From Nannocystales bacterium (lineage in GTDB: Bacteria; Myxococcota_A; Polyangia; Nannocystales; Nannocystaceae), in contig JBOEGF010000022.1 of the NCBI GenBank assembly GCA_050633305.1, forward strand, positions 1-64,000: a DNA stretch of 64,000 nt, given 5' to 3'. Positions 30,481 through 40,281 of the stretch are shown here, piece after piece. Made by a program: the position numbers and the translations under genes. The notes beneath the pieces are model-generated. The model worked only from the letters and a program-made list of their open reading frames with translations, made no database searches and was not told the origin of the DNA. Every line of letters starts with the position of its first letter. Within the stretch, counting starts at the first letter, position 1.

Positions 30481-31557
30481 ATGAAGATTCTCCACACATC
30501 CCTCTTCGCGAGCCTTTCACTCTTGGCTGCCTGCGCCGGCGGGAACAAGAGCACGGACCCCAACGCCGGGGTCTACGACGACTACTACAGCGAGGCTCCC
30601 GGCGACGCCGACAGCGACGTTGCCTCTGGCGACGAGCAGCCGGACATCGCCAAGACCTCGGAGTCCACGGCGACGACCGCGAGTTCCGCGGCTCAGATCG
30701 CCAAGGCGCTCAATGCCAAGAAGCCGAAGGTCAACGGCAAGAAGAAGAAAGCCGCCAAGAAGAAGCGCAAGAAGAAGAAGGGCAAGAAGTTCAAGGTCGC
30801 CTTCGACGGCGCCGTGCCCAGCGCTGCCCCCAAGGGGTCGGTCGTCGAGATCTTTGGCTCCGGTCTCGATCAGAAGGGCCTGATGGTCGCCATCGGCGGC
30901 AAGCCCCAAGAAATCCTCGAGGCGTCCGAAGACCGCGTCGTCATCAAGGTGACCGGCGGCAAGGGCAAGCTTCAGCTGGGCAAGACCCCCGCAAAGGGTA
31001 AAGAGTTCAAAGCTGTCGACAAGAGTGAGTACGACTTCTCGATCATCAGCAAAGCGCTCGGCAAGCGCAGCACCGTCGACAACGGTCTGGTGGGCAACGT
31101 CTACGCGATCGACGGCGAGGTCACGGAGCTTCCCCAGTTCGAGCAAGGCAGCGAGATCGGAACCGTCGCGGTCGACAATCTCGACATCAACAAGGTCAAG
31201 CCATTCCAAGCCAAGCTCGGCGGTCGCAACGAGTGGTACGGCATCCACTTCCGTGGCTCGCTCAACATCACCGAGGCAGGCGAGTACACGTTCTGCGTCA
31301 ACTCGGACGAGGGCTCACAGCTGTACCTCGATGGCAACGTGATCATCGACAACGATGGCGCCAACGAGACTCCGAACGAAGTCTGCGAGACCTTCGACGT
31401 GGACCCGGGTGAGTACGGCCTCGACCTGCTCAAGTACCAGAGCACGCTCGGGCCCATGATCCTTCAACTCACCTGGTCGAAGGACGGCGGCGAGAAGACG
31501 GCGATCCCAGCGGAGAACCTGTTCCCGCCCGAGGATGTCGCCGACATGGCGCGCTAG
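30481..31557 (+). CDS. PA14-domain lipoprotein with an IPT-like domain and a poly-Lys segment
   Basis: Lipobox LLAAC; GSVVEIFGSGL (IPT-like); PA14 motifs NGLVGNVY, WYGIHFRGSLNITEAGEYTF..NSDEGSQLYLDG..IIDNDG. Confidence 0.85.
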   Translation: MKILHTSLFASLSLLAACAGGNKSTDPNAGVYDDYYSEAPGDADSDVASGDEQPDIAKTSESTATTASSAAQIAKALNAKKPKVNGKKKKAAKKKRKKKKGKKFKVAFDGAVPSAAPKGSVVEIFGSGLDQKGLMVAIGGKPQEILEASEDRVVIKVTGGKGKLQLGKTPAKGKEFKAVDKSEYDFSIISKALGKRSTVDNGLVGNVYAIDGEVTELPQFEQGSEIGTVAVDNLDINKVKPFQAKLGGRNEWYGIHFRGSLNITEAGEYTFCVNSDEGSQLYLDGNVIIDNDGANETPNEVCETFDVDPGEYGLDLLKYQSTLGPMILQLTWSKDGGEKTAIPAENLFPPEDVADMAR

Positions 31558-31629
31558 CATCCCCCGGAAGCAGCGTCCATCCGGCCGCGTTCGTCCTTGC
31601 GAGCGCGGCCGTTTCGTTGGTTTCGATGC

Positions 31630-32979
31630 TCAGTCTGCTTCGGAGCAGCGCACCTGCACCAAGTCCGGGCCGAGCTCGTGGTCCTTGAACACGAGGTACG
31701 CGCCGCGGCCGGCGGAGCGAACGGCAGTGACCGCTGCATCCGGGGCGTACCGCGAGCGCTCCGAGCTTGATGGCGCGTCGGGGAAGAGCTTGAGAATCTC
31801 CCACGCCCCCTGTTCGATCCAGCCCAGGGCGACGTCGCCGGGAAGCTGCAGCAGTGCGAGTTCCTGCGGATCTTCGGGGAGCGGAATCCCGGAGAGAACA
31901 TCGAACCGGTCCTCGACGTATCCGTCGCCCGGAGCGTCGGTGCGCAGCCGGGTGACGCCCGCTGCACCTTCTTCGGTCGGGTGCAGGAGGTACGTTGCGA
32001 CGCTGTCGGTGGCCAGGCCAGAGGGGGGACCCTCGGCAACCGTGACCTCGTCGAGAGCGCGAGAGAAGACGAAGCCTCGAAGTTTGTTGTCCTCATCGAG
32101 GTCCAGTGCGAGTCCGACCGATTCGCGGGCCACGGGGATCCGGTTCGTTTCTCGGTCCCGAAGAATGAACTGGTGGTGAACAGGGTCGCTGGGGTCTTGC
32201 TGCGAGCCCATCACGATGAGGGAAGGGTAGGTCGTTTGCTCAACGTCGACACACGGAGCCTCGACCATCTCCAGAATCTCGTCGTTGCAGCGACGGAAGA
32301 ACTCCAGTTGCGTCTGCTCGGTGATGCCGAGGTCGGCCCTGAGCCGGCCGGCGTAGACGTACATCGTGGCGTTGGGCGAGAAGGGAGGGGTGCTCAGCAG
32401 GAAAGCTTGGCCCTCTACGAACGCGAGGTCTCGGTGCCAGTCGGTGACGTCGCAGGTGGTGAACTGTGGCTCCTCGAACGGGTCGGTTTCCCCGTCGGTG
32501 CAGAGCTGAGCAAGGCTGCCGGGGAACCAGCTCAGGTTGGGGGACACGGCACGCAGAGGGTTGACGCCCACGCCCACGGCCTCGAATTGCCAGAGCCGGT
32601 ACGAGCCCGGCCCGGACTCGACGAGCCATGCTGACCCCGCCGCGGGCCCGGGTCGGAGTTCGACGTCTACGGTGTTCGGCAAGAAGTCGGTGAGGTCCAC
32701 GCGGTGGTCCACCGCCCCATCGCGGACATGCATCATCGCGAACTGTGCCGCCGCGTCGTCGACTTCGACCAACGCCCAGAAGTCGAGCCGGCCGGGCTCA
32801 TCGAGCGCCACGCCGATGACGCGGGACCAGGGTTGCTCCGGACGATCGAGGTTGGGGACCAGCACCTCCGCGGAGGCCCGGGCGCAGTTCGGGGAGGTGT
32901 CGAGGACGACGGGGCTGAACCGCTCGCCGTCGTCGCAGGAGACCAGCGCAAGCCAAGCCAGCGAGAGGAGCCGTTTCAT
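31630..32979 (-). CDS. Hypothetical lipoprotein (beta-rich)
   Basis: MKRLLSLAWLALVSC lipobox; ATGA overlap with the bioA stop; acidic composition. Confidence 0.7.
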   Translation of the reverse strand: MKRLLSLAWLALVSCDDGERFSPVVLDTSPNCARASAEVLVPNLDRPEQPWSRVIGVALDEPGRLDFWALVEVDDAAAQFAMMHVRDGAVDHRVDLTDFLPNTVDVELRPGPAAGSAWLVESGPGSYRLWQFEAVGVGVNPLRAVSPNLSWFPGSLAQLCTDGETDPFEEPQFTTCDVTDWHRDLAFVEGQAFLLSTPPFSPNATMYVYAGRLRADLGITEQTQLEFFRRCNDEILEMVEAPCVDVEQTTYPSLIVMGSQQDPSDPVHHQFILRDRETNRIPVARESVGLALDLDEDNKLRGFVFSRALDEVTVAEGPPSGLATDSVATYLLHPTEEGAAGVTRLRTDAPGDGYVEDRFDVLSGIPLPEDPQELALLQLPGDVALGWIEQGAWEILKLFPDAPSSSERSRYAPDAAVTAVRSAGRGAYLVFKDHELGPDLVQVRCSEAD

Positions 32980-34304
32980 CCGAGCACGGCCTCGAGCGCC
33001 TGGACGGTCGCTGCGGCGAGAGCCTCGAGCTCGGCGTCGGTGATCGACAACGGCGGCATCCAGTACAGGGTATCGTGCAGGGGTCGCAGGAGCGCGCCCG
33101 CTTCGATGCCCGCCTCTCGGATCGCAAGGCTGAGGCGCCCGCCGACGGGCATTTTGTCCCCGGGGTCCAGGTCAAACGCGACGATCATTCCCGCCTGCCG
33201 ATGCGCTCGGATCACGCCCGCGCAGTGAGCGGCGACCGATGCCTGGGCGCGGGTCATCGCCTCGACCCGTCCCGCGAGGGTTGGGAGTCGTTCGTCGTGC
33301 ATCAGACGCAGGCTCGCCACTCCGGCCGCGCACGCGATCGGATTCCCGGTGAACGTGTGGCTGTGGAGGAAGGAGCGCTCGAGGCCGCCTTTGAACCCGT
33401 CATCGAACCCGCGTGTCACCAGAACGCAGGACAAAGGCAGGACCCCTCCGGACAGCCCCTTGCTGAGGCACAGGAGGTCGGGGGACACGCCCGCCCACGT
33501 GCTGGCGAACAGCTCTCCGGTGCGTCCGAAGGCAACCGCGATCTCGTCGGCGATGACGTGGATGCCAAGGGCTTGGGCTTCGCGGACGAGGCGGGCGTAG
33601 AACCCTGCGCCCGGCATCGCCATCTTGCCGGCTCCTTGAACGAGCGGCTCCATGACGAGCGCAGTCAGCTCGTGGGCGTGCTCCTGCAACAGGGCGACGG
33701 CCTCGTTGGCCTCGGGGCTGTCGGCGCCCACTTCGGTGCCCAGGTCGCTGTGGCGGTGGGACGGATGGGCGGGGGTGGGCAGGTACAGGACATCGGGAAG
33801 CAACGGGGCGAACAGCTCCCGGTACGCGTCGGTCCCGCTCACCCCCAGGGCGCCCAACGTCTCGCCGTGATAGCTGTTGCGTAGCGCCGCAAAGCGTTGC
33901 CGGTTCGGCTCGCCGTTTTGGCGCCGCCGTTGAAACGACATCTTCATCGCGACTTCGATCGCTGCCGAGCCACAGTCTGCGAAGAACACCCGTCCGTAGT
34001 CTCCCGGAGCGACTTCGAGGAGGGACTCGGCGAGCTGGACGGCTGGCTCATGGGTGAAGCCTGCGAGCATGACGTGGTCGAGCCGCTGTGCCTGCTGCGT
34101 GATCGCGTCCACGATGGCGGGGTGCCCATGTCCGTGCAGACAGGTCCACCACGAGGAGATGCCGTCGAGCAGCTGCCGACCATCCCCGGTCTGAAGCATC
34201 ACCCCCTGAGCGCCTGTGATCGGGACCGGCGGCAGCCGCTGGTGATCCGCGAAATGGCTGGCGGGATGCCATACGGCGGCGAGGTCACGCTCGACGAGGC
34301 TCAT
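32976..34304 (-). CDS. bioA: Adenosylmethionine-8-amino-7-oxononanoate aminotransferase
   Basis: VWHP; LDGISSWWTCLHGHGHP; LDHVMLAGFTHEPA; GSAAIEVAMKM; YHGETLGA; ADEIAVAFGRTG; CLSKGLSGG; FLHSHTFTGNPIACA; LLRPL...MPPL. Confidence 0.95.
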   Translation of the reverse strand: MSLVERDLAAVWHPASHFADHQRLPPVPITGAQGVMLQTGDGRQLLDGISSWWTCLHGHGHPAIVDAITQQAQRLDHVMLAGFTHEPAVQLAESLLEVAPGDYGRVFFADCGSAAIEVAMKMSFQRRRQNGEPNRQRFAALRNSYHGETLGALGVSGTDAYRELFAPLLPDVLYLPTPAHPSHRHSDLGTEVGADSPEANEAVALLQEHAHELTALVMEPLVQGAGKMAMPGAGFYARLVREAQALGIHVIADEIAVAFGRTGELFASTWAGVSPDLLCLSKGLSGGVLPLSCVLVTRGFDDGFKGGLERSFLHSHTFTGNPIACAAGVASLRLMHDERLPTLAGRVEAMTRAQASVAAHCAGVIRAHRQAGMIVAFDLDPGDKMPVGGRLSLAIREAGIEAGALLRPLHDTLYWMPPLSITDAELEALAAATVQALEAVLG

Positions 34305-34376
34305 CGACGCGGAGGCTAGCAGTCCGCCGGGCGAACTTGCTACGCCACAGCCGGGAGCGGTGGCCGTGGGCGGCGG

Positions 34377-36629
34377 CTAGGGGTCGCCCGGTGGGCTCGG
34401 AGCGGCCATCTCCGCGGCGCGTGGACCGGCCGGGGCCCCATCGAGGGTCCGCCGCAGGGTCGCAACGACGGGCAGATCGGCGTCCGCGTCCCGCCAACGC
34501 TGTGCGGCCGCCACGCGATACGCGTTCGCGGAGGGAGCATCGCCGGAGCGCTGTGAGACGTCGGCCGCCAAGATGCTCACCCAGGGGTCGTCGGGGGTGG
34601 CGGAGAGCAGGCGGCTGACATGCTCGCGGGCGTGCCCGAGCGCTTCTGACTCTCCGGCGTCGGCTCGGCAGAGGGCGCCGCGCAACATGGCCTCGGTGGG
34701 GGTCGTCTCGAACCCCCAGGGCGCAACGGTGAGGACGGTCGCGGGCGTTTCGAGGTCGGGGCAGGGGTCTGTCGCGATGCGAGCGAGCCCAGTCGGGCTG
34801 TCGCTCCACAACGCGCGTGCAAAGCCGGGGGGGAGGTCGGTGCAGGCCGCGGGCGGCTGCGCGACGCCGAACTTCCAGGCCAGGCCGCACCAGAGGTCCC
34901 GTAGACCGGCGGCGTGCGGGTGGCTCTCGCCCAGGGCTTCGATTCTCGTCCACGCGGATCGCATGCGGCCCGCGTCCATCTCCAAGGCCAGGCTCGCGGT
35001 CGGGTCGAGCGCCTGAACCCGTCGTGCGAGGACGAGGGCTCGGTCGTGCTGCCCGCGCCGGGACGCCAACCACGCGAGGTGCCGGGCGTACAGAGGCACG
35101 TGCGGCTGAGCATCGACCCGGGCGGCGAGATGCTGCTGTGCTTCGTCAAGCCGCCCCAGACTGAGGGCCAGATCGACACGGGCGCGCTGCCTCCGATGCT
35201 GGAGGCGGCCGGGCGTGTCGTCGTTCTCGTCAGGCTCGAGCAGCGCGAGGGCTTCGAGCGCTCGCTCCCGGCTCGACGCGTTCGCTTCGTACAGCGTCGG
35301 GACGAGGGTGTTGTCGGCCCATAGGGGAAGAAACTCTCCCGCGTCCTTGGGCCCCTGAATGTCGAGCTCGAAGCGTTCGGCGCATGCAAGCTCGGCGCGG
35401 CGACGCCAGGTCCGGTTGCCGTCGAGGTGCCCCTCGATGCCGCACGCTGCCGCACGACCCGGAGCGTCTCCGAGGGCATGAAGGACCGTCGCTCTCCAGA
35501 ACACCAGCGCTGCGCTGCGGGGGGCTCGCGTCGCGAGCCGGTCCATCACACGGAGCGCGGCGGCGTCGTCCCCCGCATCGAACATGCGAACCGCAGCGTC
35601 GAGGTCCATGCGCGTCTGAGGGTCCGGAAGTCCGCGGCTGCGTTCGGCCCAGGGGGTCCGCCACAACGCTGCTGCACCCGCCAAGCCGATCGCACCGGCA
35701 CCGATCAGCGCGAGCCGTCGTCGTCTCGTGCTTCGCAACGGGCTGAGCAGATCGATCGCCGCGGCGGCGGAGGGCGGCCGCTCTGCGGGCGAATGGCTCA
35801 AGCACCGCATGCACAGGCGAAGCAGCGGCCATGGGGTATCTCGGCGCAGGGCCCGGATCGGGGGAGGGCGGGTCGAGGCGAGTGCTTGCAGGTAGCCGGC
35901 GGGGGTCTTGGCAGACCACGGCAAGCGGCCCGTGACCATCTGGTAGAGCATCACGCCGAACGCGAACAGGTCGGAGCGTACGGACGCGCCCTGGCCCTCC
36001 CACAGCTCGGGGGCCATGTACGCTGGAGACCCGAAAATGGTGCCGGCCTCGGTGCGCACCAGCGCGTGCACGGAACTTGCGCTCGGGTCGCCTTGCGGGG
36101 CCTCTTCGATCCCCGCGACCCCGAAGTCCATGACGATCGCACCGCGGTGGGTGAGCATGACGTTGCCCGGTTTGAGGTCGCGGTGAATCACCCCGACTTG
36201 GTGCGCCGACTCGAGACCATCGAGGACCGCCAAGGCGGTCCGTCGCAGGGCTTTGAAGTCCAGGGGTCCTTCATCGCCGTCGAGGCGTTCTTGAAGGGTT
36301 TGTCCCTGGATGTACTCCATCGTGAAGAACGGGAGGCCCCCCTCTTCGCCGGTGTCGTAGATCCGGACGACGTGCGGGTGCGTCACGGCGTGCGCCAGGG
36401 CGACCTCGCGGAGGAAACGGCGCACGGTGTCGCGGTTCTTGGCGAGCTGCGGGTCGAGGGCTTTGAGGGCGACGGACTTGTTCAGCAGCTGGTCTCGGGC
36501 AAGCCAGACATGACCATTGGCCCCGCGTCCGAGCAAGCGCTCCAAGACGTACCGCCGACCCATGAGCGTGCCGGCCTCCCACACGATGGAGGCGCCCGGC
36601 GCTTCCTGCTCGTGCGGCGTCTCGTCCAT
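34377..36629 (-). CDS. Membrane-anchored Hanks-type Ser/Thr protein kinase with C-terminal helical repeats
   Basis: LGRGANG; VALK; HRDLKPGN; DFG; GSPAYMAPE; DLFAFG; TM LALIGAGAIGLAGAAALW. Confidence 0.92.
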   Translation of the reverse strand: MDETPHEQEAPGASIVWEAGTLMGRRYVLERLLGRGANGHVWLARDQLLNKSVALKALDPQLAKNRDTVRRFLREVALAHAVTHPHVVRIYDTGEEGGLPFFTMEYIQGQTLQERLDGDEGPLDFKALRRTALAVLDGLESAHQVGVIHRDLKPGNVMLTHRGAIVMDFGVAGIEEAPQGDPSASSVHALVRTEAGTIFGSPAYMAPELWEGQGASVRSDLFAFGVMLYQMVTGRLPWSAKTPAGYLQALASTRPPPIRALRRDTPWPLLRLCMRCLSHSPAERPPSAAAAIDLLSPLRSTRRRRLALIGAGAIGLAGAAALWRTPWAERSRGLPDPQTRMDLDAAVRMFDAGDDAAALRVMDRLATRAPRSAALVFWRATVLHALGDAPGRAAACGIEGHLDGNRTWRRRAELACAERFELDIQGPKDAGEFLPLWADNTLVPTLYEANASSRERALEALALLEPDENDDTPGRLQHRRQRARVDLALSLGRLDEAQQHLAARVDAQPHVPLYARHLAWLASRRGQHDRALVLARRVQALDPTASLALEMDAGRMRSAWTRIEALGESHPHAAGLRDLWCGLAWKFGVAQPPAACTDLPPGFARALWSDSPTGLARIATDPCPDLETPATVLTVAPWGFETTPTEAMLRGALCRADAGESEALGHAREHVSRLLSATPDDPWVSILAADVSQRSGDAPSANAYRVAAAQRWRDADADLPVVATLRRTLDGAPAGPRAAEMAAPSPPGDP

Positions 36630-36642
36630 CGAGCGAAGGATA

Positions 36643-38334
36643 TCAGAGCCGGCGGACGGCTCGAATGGCCTCAAAGAGGACGCCCAGGCCCAGCAGTAGC
36701 AAGCCTCCGCCCATCCCGATCAGCAGCGGGTCGGTCATGTGCGAGAGGTTGATCGCCATCGCGATCAGGGTGCTCGCCATCATGCCGACCGCGGGGATCG
36801 CAGCAGGCCACGAAGGCCAGCCCTTCTTGCGCAAGTAGATGGTGACCACGATCAAGGTGAGGCTCGCGAGGAGCTGGTTGGTGGTGCCGAACAGCTGCCA
36901 CAGCGCGAGGCCTGCGGGCCTCGCCACCATCACGCCGCCGACCTCCACCTGAACCTCGTAGAACGCGAACAGGGCGATGACCCCGCAGGCGATGGCCGAG
37001 GCGACGTAGCGGTTTTGCGTGCCGGGGATCTTGAACGTTGCGCCAATCTCCTCGACGTTGAACCGCAGCAGCCGGGTCGCCGAATCGAGGGTGGTCAGCG
37101 CGAACGAAACCACAACCATTGCGATGAGAGCAGCTGCGAGATCGGGGCTGAGTCCCAGGCTGGTGAGGAAGGCGGTTGTCCCCTGAATGAACGTATCGAT
37201 CTTGCTCGGCAGCGCTTGGACCGACGCCCAGTCGTGATAGATGCCGTGCCAGGCCTCGGACGAGGAAATGCCCGCAGTACAAGCGAGGGTGGCGAGCAGC
37301 CCGAGGAGGCTCTCTCCGATCATCGCGCCGTACCCGATCGACTTCGCGTGCGTCTCCTTGTCGAGTTGCTTGGCGGTGGTACCGGAACTGACCAGCCCGT
37401 GAAACCCGCTCGCAGCCCCGCATGCGACAACGATGAACACGAACGGGATCACCGAGGGCGCACCTTCGGGATCGAGTCGAACCGCCGGCGCGGCGAACTC
37501 ATGGCCGCCGACCATCAGTCCGACGTACGCGAGGCCCAACCCGAGGTAGAGCAGCAGGCCGTTGAGAAAATCGCGGGACTGAAGGAGCGCCCACACCGGC
37601 ATGACGGATGCCGCGAACGCGTAGGCGAGCAGGACCCACGTCCATGTCGCGGGCAGCGGCCATGCCGACTCGGCCAGACCCATTGTCGGAAACTCCATCC
37701 CCAGACCGATGCCGCCCAGCTCGAGTGTGAAGCCGACGATGGCGACAGGCAGGAGGCGGACGCCCTTCTTGTGCATGAGAACGCCCGCGACCAGGGCGAT
37801 GATCATCAGGAGTAGCGACGGAAGAACGGCCTGCGGGTATCCCGGTGCGCCGGGAGCCAGCTCTAGCGCGAACAGGCGGGAGATGACGTAGACGAACACG
37901 CCCATGGCGAGCGCGACGCCGAAGAAGATGATGAAGTGAAGCAGGGTGCGGGCGCGTGGCCCGATGACGTCGCGGGAGACTTCACCGATCGACTTGCCCT
38001 CGTGCCGAACCGACACGACCAGCGCGGAGAAGTCGTGCACACAGCCGACAAACAGGGCGCCGAGCACGACCCAGCAGACCGCTGGCAGCCAGCCCCAGAT
38101 CACGGCAACCGCGGGACCGAGCATGGGCGCCAGGCCGGTGATGGATGCGAAGTGGTGGCCGAAGAGGATCGCCGGCCGGGTCGGCACGTAGTCGATGTCG
38201 TCGCGCAACGCATGGCTTGGCGTTGTGGCAGACGCGTCGAGGTGGAACACGCGCGTGGCCAAGAAGCGCGCGTAGACCCGGTAGCCCACGACGTAGGCGG
38301 CGAAGGCGCAGAGAACGACAACAACGGGAGACAC
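36643..38334 (-). CDS. cstA: Carbon starvation protein A family transporter
   Basis: DDIDYVPT; LFGHHFASITG; WGWLPA; ACGAASGFHGLVSSGTT; GYGAMIGES; FALTTLDSATRL; LWQLFGTTNQLLA. Confidence 0.95.
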   Translation of the reverse strand: MSPVVVVLCAFAAYVVGYRVYARFLATRVFHLDASATTPSHALRDDIDYVPTRPAILFGHHFASITGLAPMLGPAVAVIWGWLPAVCWVVLGALFVGCVHDFSALVVSVRHEGKSIGEVSRDVIGPRARTLLHFIIFFGVALAMGVFVYVISRLFALELAPGAPGYPQAVLPSLLLMIIALVAGVLMHKKGVRLLPVAIVGFTLELGGIGLGMEFPTMGLAESAWPLPATWTWVLLAYAFAASVMPVWALLQSRDFLNGLLLYLGLGLAYVGLMVGGHEFAAPAVRLDPEGAPSVIPFVFIVVACGAASGFHGLVSSGTTAKQLDKETHAKSIGYGAMIGESLLGLLATLACTAGISSSEAWHGIYHDWASVQALPSKIDTFIQGTTAFLTSLGLSPDLAAALIAMVVVSFALTTLDSATRLLRFNVEEIGATFKIPGTQNRYVASAIACGVIALFAFYEVQVEVGGVMVARPAGLALWQLFGTTNQLLASLTLIVVTIYLRKKGWPSWPAAIPAVGMMASTLIAMAINLSHMTDPLLIGMGGGLLLLGLGVLFEAIRAVRRL

Positions 38335-38409
38335 GGTTGCTCGGCTTCTTACACCGAGTGGTGCCGCAGGTCACCGTGCGGCGGATGTCCCACCGACTAC
38401 ACTCTGTGC

Positions 38410-39117
38410 GTGCGTAGGTGGCTGTTGGCGGGGTTCTTCGGGCTGGCGGGCTGTTTCGTACAGGTTGAGCCGCCACCCCGTACGGCCGGCGAGGACACCG
38501 ACGACAACGACGCGTGTGCTTCGGTTGCGTGTTCCGTGGACGGCTACTGCGACGAGGGGGAGTGTTTCTGCAACCCCTACTTCGGAGGCAACGCCTACGC
38601 GTTGCATGGATGCCAGCCAAGCCAAGCGTCAGCCGATGCCTGCGAAACCACGTGTGGACTCAACGCCTACTGTGACGACGGCGCCGGGTGTGTCTGCGCG
38701 GACGGCTTCGTGGCGGTGTGCGGAACCGGGGACTGCATGCCGATCGAGTTGGTATGCGACGGTGTCGAAGACTGCATCAACGAGCGCGATGAAGACCCGG
38801 AGGTGTGCGAGGTCGCTGAAGTTCAGCAGTGGACGCTGATCGACGGGTGTGACGACGGTGTCGACGTGTCGTGGAGGTTGTGGGCACGCGATCGTGGGTG
38901 GGTGTGGCCCTCGCTCGAGGAGGTGTTCTCGAGTGAGGGGCTCGATGTGGTCTCGCGCACTACGATCGAGTGTGTCCGTGGTGAAACGATCTGTCTGGGC
39001 GCTCAGGCCGGTGATGTGGAGTGGGGTATCGGCGCGTTCGGCAACGGAACGTGTGAGGACTGTTGCAAGCCGTGCCTGCCGGGCGTGATCGAGTTCGGAA
39101 CCGTCGCTTGTCCCTGA
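38410..39117 (+). CDS. Cys-rich lipoprotein with EGF-like and LDL-receptor-A-like modules
   Basis: Lipobox GLAGC; CFCNPYFGG and CVCADGF (EGF-like); CMPIELVCDGVEDCINERDED (LDLa-like). Confidence 0.75.
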   Translation: MRRWLLAGFFGLAGCFVQVEPPPRTAGEDTDDNDACASVACSVDGYCDEGECFCNPYFGGNAYALHGCQPSQASADACETTCGLNAYCDDGAGCVCADGFVAVCGTGDCMPIELVCDGVEDCINERDEDPEVCEVAEVQQWTLIDGCDDGVDVSWRLWARDRGWVWPSLEEVFSSEGLDVVSRTTIECVRGETICLGAQAGDVEWGIGAFGNGTCEDCCKPCLPGVIEFGTVACP

Positions 39118-39333
39118 CAGCGCCTCCCATGTCCCCACCTGAAACACCCTCGATTCCGACCAAGGGGATTCCCAGAGCTGCGCGCGCCCACAAACTCCTT
39201 CATCGTCCCGGCGTGTGGTCACTCGCGATCGGGACCTCGTTTCGCGTCCGCCATTTGGTGCCCGGCGGTGGACGGGGTGGGGGCCCGGTGGCATAGTCCC
39301 GCGGCGCCGCCAACCGGTGGCCTGTGTGTCGAA

Positions 39334-39819
39334 ATGACCGAGATCGCTCAGCTGTTCGAGTCCGCACTGCGGGAGAACCGGGCCAGCCTCCTGCGCAAGG
39401 CTGCCAAGAGCACGATTGCGCGCATGCCCCCCTCAACGACGCTCTCGTCGCTTCTCGAGAGTGACGCGGGCGAAGCGGTTCGGGCGCTCACGCTGACCGA
39501 GCTGACCGAGGCGCTGGAGGAAGCCGGCCTCACGCCCGCGGCCTCGGCTCCGCTCGCAGCCCGTCGGCGCCGAGTCGTCGAGGACGATGCCAGCGGGAGC
39601 GACAGCGCAGACTGGGGTGGCGAGGCTGCCGAAGCTCAACTCTTCCGCCGGATCATCGACGCGATGTCGGACGAGCCGCTCACGATTGGCCAGCTCTCCA
39701 AAGAGGTCGGCATCGCGGTGGACGAGCTTCGGGGCTATCTCGCGTGGATGAAGAAAGCGGGCAAGGTCACCAGCGCGGGCCGGGCGCGCGCGACCCGGTA
39801 CCAAGCCGTCCAAGAGTAG
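39334..39819 (+). CDS. Putative DNA-binding protein with a C-terminal winged helix
   Basis: IIDAMSDEPLTIGQLSKEVGIAVDELRGYLAWMKKAGKVTSAGRARATRY has a wHTH pattern. Confidence 0.65.
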   Translation: MTEIAQLFESALRENRASLLRKAAKSTIARMPPSTTLSSLLESDAGEAVRALTLTELTEALEEAGLTPAASAPLAARRRRVVEDDASGSDSADWGGEAAEAQLFRRIIDAMSDEPLTIGQLSKEVGIAVDELRGYLAWMKKAGKVTSAGRARATRYQAVQE

Positions 39820-39870
39820 GCTCGCCGGTGTCTCACGGTTGTCTCGCGGCTGTCTCGCGGAGTTCGAACG

Positions 39871-40278
39871 ATGGACGACGACCAGCAGACCGGGCTTGAG
39901 CTTCGCGAGCTCGTCGCCGACCTCAAACACGACCTCGCGAAGTACGTCGCGTGGCGTAGCGCGAACTACGGGGACGATGCCTGGGAGGGTCCGCTCACCG
40001 ACGAGTTCGCGGCCGCGCTGCAGGACGACGTCCTGCGGACGAAGGGCAACCTGAGCGCATGGCAGGTGTGGGATGCGGCGCGCCCGGGTCTTGGCGACCC
40101 GTTACCGTACCCTCACCTGAGAGAAATCGATGAGGCGGTGGAGTTGCTGAGGTCTCACGAAACGGCCCTACGCGCCGGAGGAGAGCCGTTGGCGGCCATT
40201 CGGGGGACGGTTCGAGAGGCTCAGCAGAGCATTCGTTCGCAGCTCCGCGAGCTGCACCGTACACTCGCCGCAGGGTAG
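39871..40278 (+). CDS. Small all-helical protein with an H-box-like motif (stand-alone DHp/phosphotransfer candidate)
   Basis: LVADLKHDLAKYV resembles a kinase H-box. First gene of a tightly packed signalling operon (3-nt gap to the next gene). Confidence 0.65.
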   Translation: MDDDQQTGLELRELVADLKHDLAKYVAWRSANYGDDAWEGPLTDEFAAALQDDVLRTKGNLSAWQVWDAARPGLGDPLPYPHLREIDEAVELLRSHETALRAGGEPLAAIRGTVREAQQSIRSQLRELHRTLAAG

Positions 40279-40281
40279 TCG

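Noticed and set aside
39118..39333. Intergenic region with a GTCCCG...CGGGAC hairpin as a possible sRNA
   Set aside because: A single modest stem with no promoter/terminator pair or recognisable family; it is compatible with an ordinary terminator or promoter region.
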